From: the human T2T-CHM13v2.0 reference genome, Homo sapiens
Reading direction: 5' to 3' (one strand)
Length of the DNA: 64,000 nt
Assembly: GCF_009914755.1 (NCBI RefSeq)
Contig: NC_060938.1
Every line of letters starts with the position of its first letter. Position 1 is the first letter of the stretch. Positions 15,801-31,785 of the stretch are shown here, one piece after another. Under the pieces are notes generated by a model. It was not told the origin of the DNA. It did not search any database and saw nothing but the letters and a program-made list of their open reading frames with translations. The position numbers and the translations under genes were made by a program.

Positions 15801-18800
15801 TGTTATTTATTATGGTATTAATGTAATTAGGGGATGGTAATCTAACTTCACAGAGTTCCTGAACACCTGAAAATGTTGGCAAAATTTGACTGGAGAGGGG
15901 TCTTGTATAATGATCAAATCTCAAAAGGAACAGTCACTGAAAAAAAGGAATAAGAATTACTGAAGAACAGGATTCCCCTTTTGAATATTTTAACTTTGCT
16001 TGACTCTACATGATTTATATCCTACTCTACTTTTTGGTAAGAGTTGACCTGTCTGATAGATTACATTTTATCTACTACTTAAGTAGTTTTTCTGAGAAAT
16101 TTTTGGAACAAATATGAAATAGCCTTTTTGATGGGCATTTTTGTTCTGAAATCTCATCTTTTACTCCAATCTCAGTTTTGTTTTGTTTGCATTGACATGA
16201 TAGACTGGATACTGTCTTTTAACTTTTTGTCTATTGCTAACATTTTAAGTGTGCCTCACTAACTTAGGCAAAGTTTTATGGAGTTTAATTATGAATGAGC
16301 ACCCCTTTTTATAGGGTAACTCAAATAGTTTCCATTTATTACCATGATTGTCAGTATTTGTCTTTTTCTCTCTCATTAAGTTTTTTTGTTGCTGTTTGAT
16401 TTGCCTTCATTTGTAGAATTTCTAGGGCACATTTACTTTTTATCAGAATTATAACTTTTTATCAGTTATAAATCAATGAAGTAAATATGCTTTTTATCAG
16501 AATTATAACTTTTAACATTAAAACGCATGCTAATAGAATTATTTTTATTCTAACATTATTTTCCATTTCAGAAAAAATAAGAACAGTTATAAGAATATAG
16601 AAGACATATTACTTTCAAAGGACAAAATAACTCGTCAGCATAAAAAGGTTCAAACCAGCTAGATGCTTAGTCCCCGAGATAGCAAGTTGGGATTCTTTGT
16701 CTGAAAGACCAATCAAAGAATGGGTAGGAATAAAAGTAAGCTTTTAGGCTTATATATCTGGCCAGGGACATGTACAATTTTATATCTGGATAAGGGTATA
16801 AAAGGAATCATTGGTACTCAAGATCAGCTTGTCTGCCAGCCCAATCAGCCATTTGCAAATAATACATTTTCTCACTCCCTCCTGTATTTCTAACAGTTTT
16901 AATTACTGTATAAACCTTTCTGTTCTGTGTTCACTCAATCCTTGATCCTTACTATTTAACATATTGGGATGGGAGACAGCATCAGCCTTTTTCAGAGACA
17001 CAGTAACATTCAATCAAATATTTCTTATCTTTCATACAAGGCAACTAATTCTATACAGCTAACGCAATGGTTTATGGTAACTTAGGCCATAATTAAAGAA
17101 ACAGGCTAAAATATTATTAATATCTCTCTTCCAGCACCTTGAAATACCACTTAACTAGAATTTGGAGAGAGTGATGGTAGAAAAATACAGACCGCATTAT
17201 CCCCTGTAATATAGATAGGATTGCCACCTTCCTAATATTTTAATATTTAATATCCTAATATTATAATTTCTCCCTTGAGTTACTGGGATTTACTTTATCC
17301 CTCTTAAGCTATAGAGCTTCTTTAGTTTGCTGCCCTAGCTACTGCAGTTGTTGTACTGCAAGTCTTATTTCCTATTCTGTTGCTGAGCTGACCCACCACA
17401 CCTTGTCCCATTTGAAAGATCCTTGCTTACACTTAGGTTTATATCTCTTATCTTCTCCTAAGCCTAAGTAGTTTTCTCCCTGCTTCTAGACCCTTTTACT
17501 CTATGAGCTAGCATTTTCAGAATTTTTTAATTTTTCCATGGCCAGATAGCCCACCCAGTAAAAGCCATCCACTCCATAATGTCAGGGTCATAGGAGCCAG
17601 AGATTGAGTTTCATTGTGACTTAGCAGCATGAAACTGTTTGTGAAACTGTGTAGGCCTTATAATTATCAAGACATGTTTTTAAATTTATTAATTAATTCT
17701 ACTTTGTTTTCTTGTTTTTAATGCTGAGGTTGGCATTTTAATTTCAAAATGGAAATAGTATTTGTAAGATTATTTGAAAAAAAATACATGCACGATTCTA
17801 TGTCTGGTAATGGCTAAGATTGCTCCTAATGGACCAACTTTCCACAGATAGCAATCATAAATTCTGGACAAAGTGTAAAAAAGCACTGAAGGCAATGGAG
17901 AACAACCACTTAGAAGAAGAAAATGACACTGAGTGAGTTTCCTGTTTTTTACAGCTTCTAGCCTGAGAGAAGGTCCCATCCATGGGGCAGCCAAAACTGG
18001 AAGAGAAATCCACTGTTTTACTGGCTTGAAAAATCAGAAGATAAAATTGTAGTCACTACTGCAGATGTAAAGTGAGTAGGAAATCTCAGGAAGAAGATAC
18101 CAGATAGAAGAAGACCCATACTCTTATTATAAAGTCTGTCAAAATTTTATCTGATACCTGAACTACACATGTGAAAGACAGGCTCCAAACAGCACAGTTA
18201 AAGATAAAGAAATTTAACTGAGATTTCAGCTGACCAACGTATGGGGGACAGAGTTTGGGATTTCAGTTCAGCCAAGTTAATTGTTTGCTAAAATAATTAA
18301 AAATCAACATCTTTCAGAACATAATAGCAGAATCCAGACTCTAAAATATGTCACTCACAATGTCCAGGTCAAGGTTACAAATATATGAAGAAACAGGAAA
18401 TACATACTCAAGAGCAAAAACCAAAACTCAAAAGGCAATGAAGACAACCCCACCACCACCAAGATAACCTAAATTTTGGATTTATCAGACAAAGCATTTA
18501 TAATATGCTCAAGGGCTTGAAGGAAAATACACTTGGATAAATAAATAGGAAATCTCAAGAGAAATAAAAACTATTAAAAAAACCAAATGGAAATTCTAGA
18601 ATTTAAAAATATAGTATTTAAAATAAATGTCACTAGTTGTGCTTAACAGCAGCATATTGGAGATGAAGGAAGAGTCAGTTCACTTAAAGATAAATCAATA
18701 AAAAGTATCCAATCTAAAGAACAGAGGAAAGTGGGGAAAGCCTGTAATAAAACAGACAGAAGCTCAGGAGTCTAATTATGTGTAATTATCATCCCCAAAG

Positions 18801-19594
18801 GGAAAGAGGAAGAACATGAAGTTGGAAAAAATATTTGAAAAAATAATGACCTAAACTTTCCAATTTTGGTGAAAGACATAAATTATAAATTTATGTCTTT
18901 CAAGCTTAGCAAACCCAATCAGGATAAATATGAAGAAAATTTTGTCTAGGGTCATTACAGTTAAAGTGCTGCAAACTAAAAAGAATAAGAAAATCTTGAA
19001 AACAGAGAAAAATAAATTATAGAATTACATAAAGGGACATCAATGTAAATGATGACTCACTTCTCATCAGAAATAATGAAGGCCAGAAGACACGGAAACG
19101 GTATTTTTTAAATGCCAAAAGAAAAAAGCTGTCAACTCTGAAATACAAATCCAGTGAAGATATTATTAAAGAACAGTGGAGAAATAAAAACATTTCCAGA
19201 AAAAAGAAAACTAAGGGGATTACTTACCAGCATACCTAACACTGTAAGAAATGCCAAGAAAATTCTACAGACTGAAAAGAAATAAAACCAGCTTGAATTT
19301 CAGCTCTTCAAGAAGGAATGAAGAACATGAGAAATAGTAAATATGTGGGTAAATATGATTTTTAACTTCTTTAAAATATGATTATGCAAAACAAAAATCA
19401 CGTAATATTGTGAGGTTTACATATGTATACGTAATATATAATTCTCTGTGTATTATATATAACAACCATAGCATAAAGGAGAGGTTGTAAATGGATCTAT
19501 ACAGTTGCAAAGTTCTAACATTTATATCAAATGATAGGATATTAACTACTATCTAGACTGTGAGAAGTTAAGGATATATTTTATAATCCCTAGA

Positions 19595-21900
19595 GCAATG
19601 GTTCTCAAATTTTTTGGCCTCAAGACCCCATCACACTCCTAAAAATTATTGATGATGCCAGAGAGCTTTTGTTTGTGTATATTATATCTATTAATACAAA
19701 TCATACTATAAATAAAAAATTAAGAGATTATAAAAATATCCATTTATTAATTTATTTAAAATAAATCCATTACATTCTAACAAATAACATGTTTTATAAA
19801 AAAATTTTTATAAAACAAAATAATACTGAGAAGATTGGCATTGTTTTACATTTTGCAAATCTCTTTAATATCTGACTTAATAGAAGACAGCTAGATTTTT
19901 ATGTCTGCTTCTGCATTCAATCTATTGTGGTATGTTGTTTAGGTTGAAGCATATGAAGAAAATCCATCCTCACACATATATATAGTTGGAAATGGAGGAG
20001 AATTTTAATAGACTTTTCAGATAATTGTGGATATCTTCTTTAATACTACACCAAAACTCAGAAGTGGAGGTTTCTTAAAGGTTAGTTGCCATGTGGAATA
20101 TAAAACCATATTGGTGAACTTTTTGTCCTCTCCATTGGTCAATCTTGCATTTGAATCATTTTGTAACATCGCGCATTAATCATTTGGAAAAGAATGGTCC
20201 TAGATCTTCAAAATGTTGATACATTTCATTAGACAATATTCAAAAGCATGTGTTAATTATCAGACCATCTCATTAGAAAAGTCTTTTAGTTTTAAGAAGC
20301 TGTTAATCTTACAGTACAAGTATGTACAAGTTTCTAAAAATTACAATTTTCACTTAAAAGCTTACATTTTATCATTGGAAATAAATGCTGCCAGATGTTT
20401 TCATTGAAGTGATACACTCATTTTATTTATTTTTGAAAAAAAATATGCCCAGTAGCCAAGTCCAAATAACCATTGTTTGTCTGCCAGAGTTGTCTGTCAG
20501 GTAAAAAATGGTGTTCTATGAAAAAAAGTGGTTAGATCCACTAACAAGTCAATCACGTAAGTGCTTTTCCTCAATACAGCTGCTGTACTTGAGTGTGCAG
20601 CAGAATTACTTTAAGGGCACATCTCATCACATAGAATGTTAAATACACATGTACTCTAGGGTTTATATTTAATATAAATTATATTTTCAGTGCTTCACCA
20701 AAGACATTCTTCAATGAAACTGACTTTCTTTTTTTAAGTACAAGTGCATGGTAGTGAAGAATATAGTCACTGCCGGTACAGTTCATTGCCACCGTCTTGA
20801 TTTGTGCTAAGGCCCAATAATTTTACACACAATTGGTCTAGCACAGATAATGAATTTATCAACACAGTTGGCCCAGGATAAACAATCAGAAAAGTTATTC
20901 AACACTTTGATTATTTTGGTACCACTTGTGTTTCCTATCAGGCGTTGACATAAAAGAATATTTTCTTGGATGATTAGTTGGTGCTGACACCATATAAATG
21001 CAACAAAATAAGCCCTGCCACATCTGTACATTCATTCATTTGTAAGACAAAAATGTGTTTGTAGACAAAACATTAAATTAATCTTTACATTTTCAGTTAA
21101 ATCCTTAAATCAGTGAATTTCTGTATAATTGGAAATGGCAATGCCATGGTTCTTTTATAAACTTTCCATCCAGCAGGCATTCAGCAATGTCAATTATATA
21201 AGGCTATACTAGTTTCTAAGCTATTGTGTACTTTATTGGCCAATGCGATATAATAACTTAGCCTTTAAAATGCTTCAGTGAGTGGCCATTTCCTTTCTAG
21301 TCTGGAAAGTTATAAAAACAATATTTGGTGTTTAAAGCATTCATGATACCTACATCTAAAATTTGAATTCCTTTTGCTTTAAACTCTGAATGATTGGTCT
21401 CAAAGTGATGCTGCAGCTTAACTTGGACCATGAAACTATTCAAAAATGTTCTGTTACAGAAGACACAATAAGGTAAATTATTAACATTTATAAAGCTTAC
21501 TGAAAGAGGCTTCATAATATTTTTTCATAATATTTTCATAATATTTTTTCCTTATTTATAGTTTCACTCAGTTCATTTGACGTAGATTCCTCTCTTCATT
21601 GAGTCAGAGAACTGTCTATCACTTTCATCTTTCTCAGCATCTTAGAGGTAAACAGGGACGTTGGATGTTGGGAAAATTATAGTGCTAAAATATATAACAC
21701 AAAATTTACCATTTTAACCATTATTAAGCATAGTCAGTGTCAAGTATAGTTCATTATCATTAAGTACATTCATATTGTTGTGCAGCTGTGACTACTGTTC
21801 ATTTTCAGAATGTTTTTCTCATCCCATACTGAAATTCTGTATCCACTAAGCAACAATTCCCCCATTTCTAAGCTAATGATCCATTCTTAAATATGAAAAT
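19595..21900 (-). mobile_element. Charlie-type hAT DNA transposon relic with transposase N-terminal remnant
   Basis: TIR-like caatggttctcaaa at ~19596; ORF 21297-21515 PYCVFCNRTFLNSFMVQVKLQHHFETNHSEFKAK resembles the BED finger of Charlie/Buster (ZBED5-like) transposases. Confidence 0.75.
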
Positions 21901-22319
21901 ATATATAATTTTTTATTTTAAAGTAAAATATTCTAAAATCAGTTTTATTTCTAATTAAATTTTTTTAAGTTTTTGAAGAAAATTCTTAAATATTGTAAAA
22001 TAAATCTTCATGGTATACGTATTCTTGTGTTTCCATGTAGGTGTGAGCACAATTCTAAATAACCCATGGGTAAAAAAAAAAAAAAGAAAGAACAAGGGAC
22101 ATTAGAAAAGATTTCAAACTGAAGGATAATGAAATAAAATATATCAAAATTTGTGGAATGCAGTAAAAATTGTACTTGAAGGGAAAAGCACAGATTTAAA
22201 TAATATATTAGAACATAAGGATATAAAATGAGTGACTCAAGTTTCTCCCTTAGAAATGGTAGTGGGAGTGTGTGGAGTAGGAAAAAGTAAGCCCAAAGTA
22301 AGTAATAGAACTGAAATAG

Positions 22320-22592
22320 TCCAGGCATGGTGGCTTTGGGAGGCTGAGGCAGACAGACAGTTTGAACTCAGGATTTTGAGAGCAGCCTGAGCAATATGAT
22401 GAAACCTCATCTCTACAAAAAATACAAAAATTAGCCGGGTGTGGTGGTATGCACCTGTAGTCCCAGCTGCTCAGGAGGCTGAAGTGGGAGGATAGCCGGA
22501 GCCTGGGAGGCAGAGGTTGCAGTGAGCCGAGATCATGCCACTGCACTCCATCCAACGCAACAGAGCCATATGCTGTCTCAAAAAAAAAAAAA
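22320..22592 (+). repeat. AluJ-like with small 5' internal deletion
   Basis: TSD-like aactgaaata. Confidence 0.85.
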
Positions 22593-23056
22593 CTGAAATA
22601 ATAAAGATAAAAATAGAAATCAATGAAATAGGAAACAAAAAATGGAGAAATTAAAGCCAAAAGTTGATTCTTGAATACATCAGTCAATTTGATCTACAGG
22701 AAAACAGTGAAAATACAAATTGCCAATGTTATGAATGAAAGAGGGACTATCACTAAACATCTTACAGACATTAAAAGACAAGAGGATATATGAACAACAC
22801 TTTGCTGGTAAATTTGAGAACTGAGATGAAATGGACAAATTCTTTTAAATATACAACTATAAATTGATAGAAGATGAAATTGTATTTTATCTTAGATTTT
22901 GTAATCTAAGTAGACCCATATTTATTAAAGAAATTAAAGTTATTATCAGAAATTTCTCAAAACTGCAGCTCCAGATGATTTCACTGGTTAATTCATCAAA
23001 TATTTAAAGAAGAAACAACACCAATAGTATACAAACTCTTAGAAAATAGAGGAGGG

Positions 23057-23692
<636 letters not shown>

Positions 23693-23764
23693 AGAAGAAC
23701 ACTTGTTAGACCAGGTTTTATGAGACCAGCATTACCTGATGCCAAAGCTTGACAAAGATAGAGT

Positions 23765-24081
23765 GGCAGCCCTCTGTATTCACAGGTCCTACATCCGTGG
23801 ATTCAACTAACCTTGAATTGAAAATATTAAATAAATACAAAGTAACAATACAACAATAAAAATAATACAACTTAAAAAACAATACAGAATAACAACTATT
23901 TACATATCATTTTTCACAGTATTCAGTATTATAAATAATCGAGATGATTTAATGTATACAGTAGGATGTGCACATTATATGTAAAACTATACCATTTTAT
24001 GTAAGGGACTTGAATATCTGTGGAGTTTGGTATCCACAGGAGGTCTTGGGACCAATCCATGGATACTGACAGATGGCTGTA
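23765..24081 (-). mobile_element. MER2-like Tigger-derived MITE
   Basis: gccctctgtattcacagg..catccgtggattcaac start and ccaatccatggatactgac..ggctgta end. Confidence 0.8.
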
Positions 24082-24936
24082 CATTAACACTTACAGACTA
24101 GTGTCCCTAATACTTAGAGATAAAATCTAATCAACATATAAAAAGCATAATTTATTGTGTCCAAGAGATGTTTATCCTAGGAATGCAGCGAGAATCAGTG
24201 TCATTCACTACATTAAAACAAAAGAGAAAAACCACATAATCATTTCAATAAACAATGAAAAGGCATTTGACTAAATTTGGTACCCTTCATGATTAAAAAA
24301 AAAAAACCTCTCAGCTAATAGTAGAAGAAAAGGAAAGTACTTCAATATCATAAAAGGCATCTACTAAAAAACCTAAAATTAATGTCATACTTAAATATTG
24401 AATGTTCTCCCCCTAAGATTGGAAACAAAGCAAGGATGTCAGCTCTCACCATTTTTATTCAATATTCCAATAAGACAAGAAAAAGATACAAAAGGTAAAC
24501 AATGGGAATTAAGAAGTAAAACTGTCTCTAATTGCAGATAACAATTGTTTAAGGAGAACATCTTAAGGCATCTACTAAACAACTAGAATAAATGACTTTA
24601 GCAAGTTCTCAGAATAGGTCAAAATACAAACAAATTGTATTTTTATATATAACAGGAATAATCAACTGGAAAATAAAATTTAAATGAACAACACCATTTA
24701 CAATAGTAGCTCAAAAAAAAGATATTTAGGAATAAATTTTCCAAAAAGCAAGCAATATCTGTATACTGAAAACTACAAAATACTGCTAAGAAAAACCAAA
24801 GAAGACCTAAAATTAGTGAAGAGATATACCATGTTCGTGGATTAGAAGATGCAGTATCATTAAGATGGCAATTCTCCCCTAATGAATCTGTAAATTCAAT
24901 GCAAACCAAATCATAATTTTACCATGCTTTTTTTTA

Positions 24937-25299
<363 letters not shown>

Positions 25300-25400
25300 T
25301 CACATGTCAATCATACCTCAATAAAGTGGTTTAAAAAGAAGACAAGTTGATTCCAAAATTTGCACGACAATGCAGATGATCTAAATATTTAAAGTGTGCT

Positions 25401-25901
<501 letters not shown>

Positions 25902-26339
25902 AAAGTAACCCTGAAAATGAAAGGGATTCATACTACATTATGCTGAAACTTAGTATAAAGCTACAATAATTAAGACAGCGTGCTACTGACATGAGAAAGA
26001 CAGATTAGTAGAACAGAATGAGAGCTTAGAAATCAATCTACACTTAATGTGGTTTATTGATTTTTGACAAAGATGGTAAAGCAATCCAATACCACAAGGA
26101 ATTTTTTAAACTAGTGGTGCTGAAGCAACTCGATATCCATATGGAATAAAATGAACCTCCAACTCCATTTCATACCATACACAAAAATTAATTCAAAATG
26201 GAACATAGACCTAAATGTAAATGAAACAAGTGAAAAGCTTCCAAAAGAAAACAGGGTAGTTGCAGCAGATTTCTTAGAGGGGCAATAAAAAGTAACCATG
26301 AAAAAAATAAGTTGATAAATTAGAAATAATTAAAATTTA

Positions 26340-26645
<306 letters not shown>

Positions 26646-28521
26646 AAGTTAAAATTCTTATCAAAGGCAAGACTGAGAAAATGCAAAGACAGGCCACAGA
26701 CTTAAAGAAAATGTTTGCGATACGTATATCTGACAAGAGTTGATTGTCAGCATATATAAAGATCTCCTACAACTCATTGATTTAATAAGACAACCCAATT
26801 TGGAAGTGGTCAAAAGATTTGAATAGATTCTTCACAAAGAAGATATACAAATGGCCAATAACACAATATTATTAGTCATCTGGGAAATGCAAATTAAAAC
26901 CAAAATGAGACATCACATCTTCCAGCATGGCTAAAAAGATTGACAGTCCCAAATGAGGCCTAGAATTGGACAGTTTGGTGGAAAAACTGAAACTCTCACA
27001 CTTTGTTGGAAGTATAAAATTGTACATCCATTTTGGGAAAAGATTTGTCAATTTCTTACACAGCTGAACTTAACGACCACCATATGACCCAGCAATTCCG
27101 CTCTTAGGTAGTTACCCAAAAGAGGTGAAAACATATCCACAAAACTATTTGTACAAGAATATTCAAAGACTCTATCTAACTGTCATATAAACAAACTCAT
27201 ATAATCAGAAAGTGGAATTAGTGTGATTTACTTTCTCAATTTTCCTGGGTCTCAGTTTTCTAGGATGTGGGACTTCAGGTGCTAAAACCAGAAAACCCCT
27301 AAGCAAATCAGGAAGAGTTGGTCACTGTAATTATCCTCTCAGCAATAAAAACAACTAACTCCTGATAGATACATCCAAAAACAAGGATGAATCTCAGAAA
27401 CATTCTGCAGAGTGAATGAAACATACAAGAGTTCATATTCTATGGTGCCACTTACATGAACTTCTAGAGCAGGTAGAACTAAGTTGTAAAAACCAAAGCA
27501 GGGGAGCATTTGTGTTTTGGGTTTGGTTGATGGAAGGGGTGTGAGGGAACTTTCTGGAATGATGATGTTCTGTATTTTGGTGGAGATTTGGGTTACATGT
27601 GTGTATACATTTGTCAAAACTCAATGACTAGTAGGTTAAGGTGTCTGCATATCTGCGTTCTAAAAGTATCTGTAAACACTATTGAACTCCAATGTTATGG
27701 ATACTGAGGTGTTTAGGAGTGAGGTGTAACTCTTTTTCACTTATCAAGTGTGGAATTTCTTTAAAAGTGGTATGTAGGTGTCAGAGACCGGGAAAGGAAA
27801 ATCATTCCTTGAGAATTTCTCCTGAGTTGAATTGCTTGTTCTGACTCTATTTTAGGAAGGTTTTCTTCGACTTTCGATAACACTTTCTATGTCGCTGGAT
27901 CCTTATTTTTCATTTTGTAATCCTGTATTTTGTGGGGGTGAATCTTTTGTTTTCCAAATCAATGGGTGTCTTTCATTGTTTTATGTATGTAATTTGACTA
28001 GAGGTTGTTTTGTTTGTTGTATTAATTCGGCATTATTGCTTCTTTGCTCTTTTCTCACAATCTTTTTTTAAAAGCTTCTATAGTATTTACAAATTTAAAC
28101 AGTTTCTCTGTATTATAGCATGTTTCTGACAGTTGTCATATTTCCCAAAGCAGTGCATATAAACTTTTGCAGTTATTTTTGAGGATGGTAATTCTTACAG
28201 CATCCTGTTTTCTTGTTCTTGTTTCCTTACTTTTCTTTAATAATACATTACTTCTAAAATTGGATCTGGATTGGTTTAGATTAACTTTTATTAACTTTTT
28301 TTGGATTCACAAAAATAAAATAGCATATTGTAGAAAATTTTAGCCTTAATTTTTAAGTTTTGCCAGTTTTATTTTCACACATACTTTTTGTGATGGTAGT
28401 GTGTTAGCTCAAAGAAGGTGCTCTGTTACTATCCCAGCATCTTTCAGGGTATCTTTTATCTTTTAGTTCTTTCTTTTCATATACCTCTAAAATGAATTGT
28501 TCTGAGGAAGTCAGTTATAAT

Positions 28522-29405
28522 AATGGTTCTCAACCCCGCAAGAGCCCCGCAAGACCCAGTGCAGTTCTAATAACAAACATTTTTAATTACCTGTTTCTAC
28601 CCTGAAATTAATGGATTTTTAACCTACCTACACACATAAAATTCAGTGTAATTGCCTTAATTGTAACATAAAGAGGAAATAAAAGGAGAGCAATTAATAA
28701 ATATTTCAACATGTTACTTTTAGAGCATGATGTAATAGATGTTTGTGTTTAGACACAGAAACCATGAATGGGGCAGCTATAAATGCAGACTATTACAGGT
28801 GTGTTGCATTGGTCACTTGTATACCACAAGCAGTATTGCTGTCAATGTCATGATTTTCTGAAATATTTGAACAACTGATAAAATTCTGAAGAAAACAAAG
28901 CACAAATTTCCTTCAATTTACACATTCTATGTGTTTGTGGAAATTTGGGCCTCTATTTAAACTATGTAAATATATACTTCGTTTATATTCAAAACGGAAT
29001 TAGGTTCTGACTCAGATAATTATAAACAGGTGTTTCATCTTCATGACTGTCCAGGAGGACATTAGAAAGTTATCAAGGCCAGAGGACAGTTAGCTTAGGT
29101 GGAGGATTCTCCTGTGACTTGCAAGTCATCTAGCATCCCTGGACGTTGTGCACTAAATGCCATAATTGCCCCTTAATCATTGTGACAACCAAACACAAAC
29201 TTCCAAAACACTATACTGGGTGTTTCTGTGCAATGGAACTCTTTGGCAAGGATGTCACAGAGTAATTTTTTTAATGCATAAAATAAAATACATAGGATTG
29301 CAAAGAAAATGGATTGTATGGAAATACAGACCCCAGGTTAAGAATCTCTGCAAGAGGTGACTACCACACCCTTCTCCAATATACACACTCCAGTTGAGAA
29401 CCACT
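28522..29405. mobile_element. hAT-Charlie family DNA transposon relic (MER20-like termini)
   Basis: Inverted termini aatggttctcaac (28522) and gttgagaaccact (~29393-29405). Confidence 0.55.
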
Positions 29406-29998
29406 AAGTTGGAAGGGCTTTTTATGTTGAGGGAAATGGTGAAAGCCATAGTCTTAAAATTTTAAGGATTTGAAAGTACATATGGGTGCCCAGAACATTT
29501 GCCATCAACACTGTAGCATCAATAGGGGACTAACAAGCACTCTGTAATAGAATCTAAAAGAATGAAAGCAAATAGCATAGGAACTCTATTTCTATTCTAA
29601 TTTTGTATCAGAAATTAAGTGTATCAAATGAACTAATGCTTCTATTTTCCATTCTTTTCTCATTATAACTAAACTACCTCTTTGATTAACATCAATTAAA
29701 GTTCAGATCTTTTGCCAACTTGTTTATTCATATATTACAAGGCAACCTTGGCAGAACAAAATCTTTCTCCAGCTGCTATTTGGCAAGTTGGCAAAAAAAA
29801 AAAAAAAACTTACACATATTAAACACAAGCAGTTCTAGGAATAGGAATTGAAAAGCAAGATAATCAAGAGTTTATTTCAACAGGTACTCAGTGCTTTGTA
29901 GGAGTGCATTGCAAGAGGTGACCATATTGTATGTACATGAATAGCTTGTCGTGACAAATGTGTAGAATACTAAAGATGATGATTTTTATTTGTTTTAG

Positions 29999-30148
29999 GG
30001 TATGTCTCTGTGCCAGACTGTCGTCGTGGGCTCTGTAGTCATTCTTCTGTACTCTTCCAGAGCTTGTTATAATTTGGTGGTGGTCACCATATCTCAGGAT
30101 ACATTAGAAAGTCCATTTAATTATGGCTGGGATAATCTTTCAGATAAG
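29999..30148 (+). CDS. GPR137C: GPR137C internal coding exon (150 nt, phase 0-0; TM6 region)
   Basis: tgttttag|GGT ATG...GAT AAG|gtaaat; translates [50 protein letters not shown]; LLYxSRACYNL motif of the GPR137/TM7SF1 family. Confidence 0.95.
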
Positions 30149-31368
30149 GTAAATACCTACCACGTATTGCCAGTCTAACAATGTGATAATTAACTTACCC
30201 TCATCTAGAAGAACACTGTAGTGTTTGACTTACAAACACATTTATGGAATCTCTGTCTACTGTCAGTAATCATACTTAAAGCTTTGTGTTTAAAAATCTT
30301 TATGTACGTGTGACATTTGAAATCATTCTTCACAGAGAACTTCTCTCAAAGGAGTATTTTCTCTCTCTTTTTTGGTAAATAATAATAGTGCCACAAGCCT
30401 CTCGGTCATATGCTAATTTTACTTATTTTTGTTAATGATGATGTTTAAATATTTCTAGATAAATGAATTCCCTATTATTAGCCAGTGAATATGGTCTTTG
30501 TTAGGAGGAAAGTAACTCTCCCCTACCCAAGAACTACATATACTCTTAATATTTGGTTCAGGTTAACATGTTTAAATAATGGCTTTCATAAAAATCTGGC
30601 TTTGTCAGTCTTGATAATGGGAGAGCATTCGTAGTTCCTTGGGTGTCCAGGTATTTGCTATCGTAATTCCCAGTACTCTAACTACGCATATTTAACTTCC
30701 TAGCATTCCCATATGCTTCCTAAACATACATTTTGACATAGCTATATGTCATATCTTTATAGTAATTTAGCTTTGTACTGAATTTAAGGGTTCCGGGAAT
30801 ACTATTTTTCATTTACCTTTCTAAAGTGAAGGAATTTTCACATGTGGTTCCTTGTGGCAGATTCTATTCACTCCTTTTTCCATTTCCCTCTTCCAACATC
30901 TGATAGAACAGAAACAAATTTAATATGTAGATTAGGTCCAAAAGCATATTTTAAGTAGAGCTGAGCTGAGTGACTTAACATGTTACATTTTTCTATAGGT
31001 GTAATTAGGGTAAGTGCTGTTATTTTGCCTATGGAGCAGCTGGAACAGTAATGTCTTTAAAAGTCACTCTCTTTAGATTATGGGGCCTAAATAGGAGATC
31101 ACTCCTTATTATCCATATATTAAAATTGTCATAAACTGATACATTGAAAAAATTAACTGCTTTTTATTTTTTGTAGCTTCAAAGCATTTTATGTCCTTTA
31201 AAGGATAAGTGTCATTTCATGAGAAACCACAAAATATAGAAAGTTTTAGAGTTTATGTGCTTGTAGTTGATATATTTTATCTTACCTGACTTGAAACAAG
31301 TTAACTGTGGAGGTGATTGCTTATACAATAAACAGATGTAAAAATTCTCTGCCATGCTCTATTTACAG

Positions 31369-31494
31369 GCTCATGTAGAAGACATAAGTGGAGAAGAGTA
31401 TATAGTATTTGGAATGGTCCTCTTTCTGTGGGAACATGTGCCAGCATGGTCGGTGGTACTGTTTTTCCGGGCACAGAGATTAAACCAGAATTTG
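31369..31494 (+). CDS. GPR137C: GPR137C coding exon (126 nt, phase 0-0; TM7)
   Basis: atttacag|GCT CAT...AAT TTG|gtatga; [42 protein letters not shown]. Confidence 0.95.
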
Positions 31495-31666
31495 GTATGA
31501 TATAATATTCCCCAATGCCTGTTCTCCTATTTTTAAAAATTATGGAACATTTATATTGATTTTCTATTTTTGGCAAAGGTTAAGACTAAAAATTATTATA
31601 GATTCTAGCCTCCTTTCTTAGTGGAAAAGTAAAACCTTCATATGCTATCTAATACTTTGTTCACAG

Positions 31667-31785
31667 GCACCTGCTGGCATGATAAATAGTCACAGTTATA
31701 GTTCCAGAGCTTACTTTTTCGACAATCCAAGACGATATGATAGTGATGATGACCTGCCAAGACTGGGAAGTTCAAGAGAAGGAAG
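31667..31785 (+). CDS. GPR137C: GPR137C coding exon (119 nt, phase 0-2; cytoplasmic tail)
   Basis: ttcacag|GCA CCT...GGA AG|gtagat; [39 protein letters not shown]; [15 protein letters not shown] is the family signature. Confidence 0.96.

Noticed and set aside
31331-31368. Upstream in-frame acceptor (aacag at 31335) extending the GPR137C exon by 33 nt
   Set aside because: The extension begins ATG TAA (stop) and lacks a pyrimidine tract
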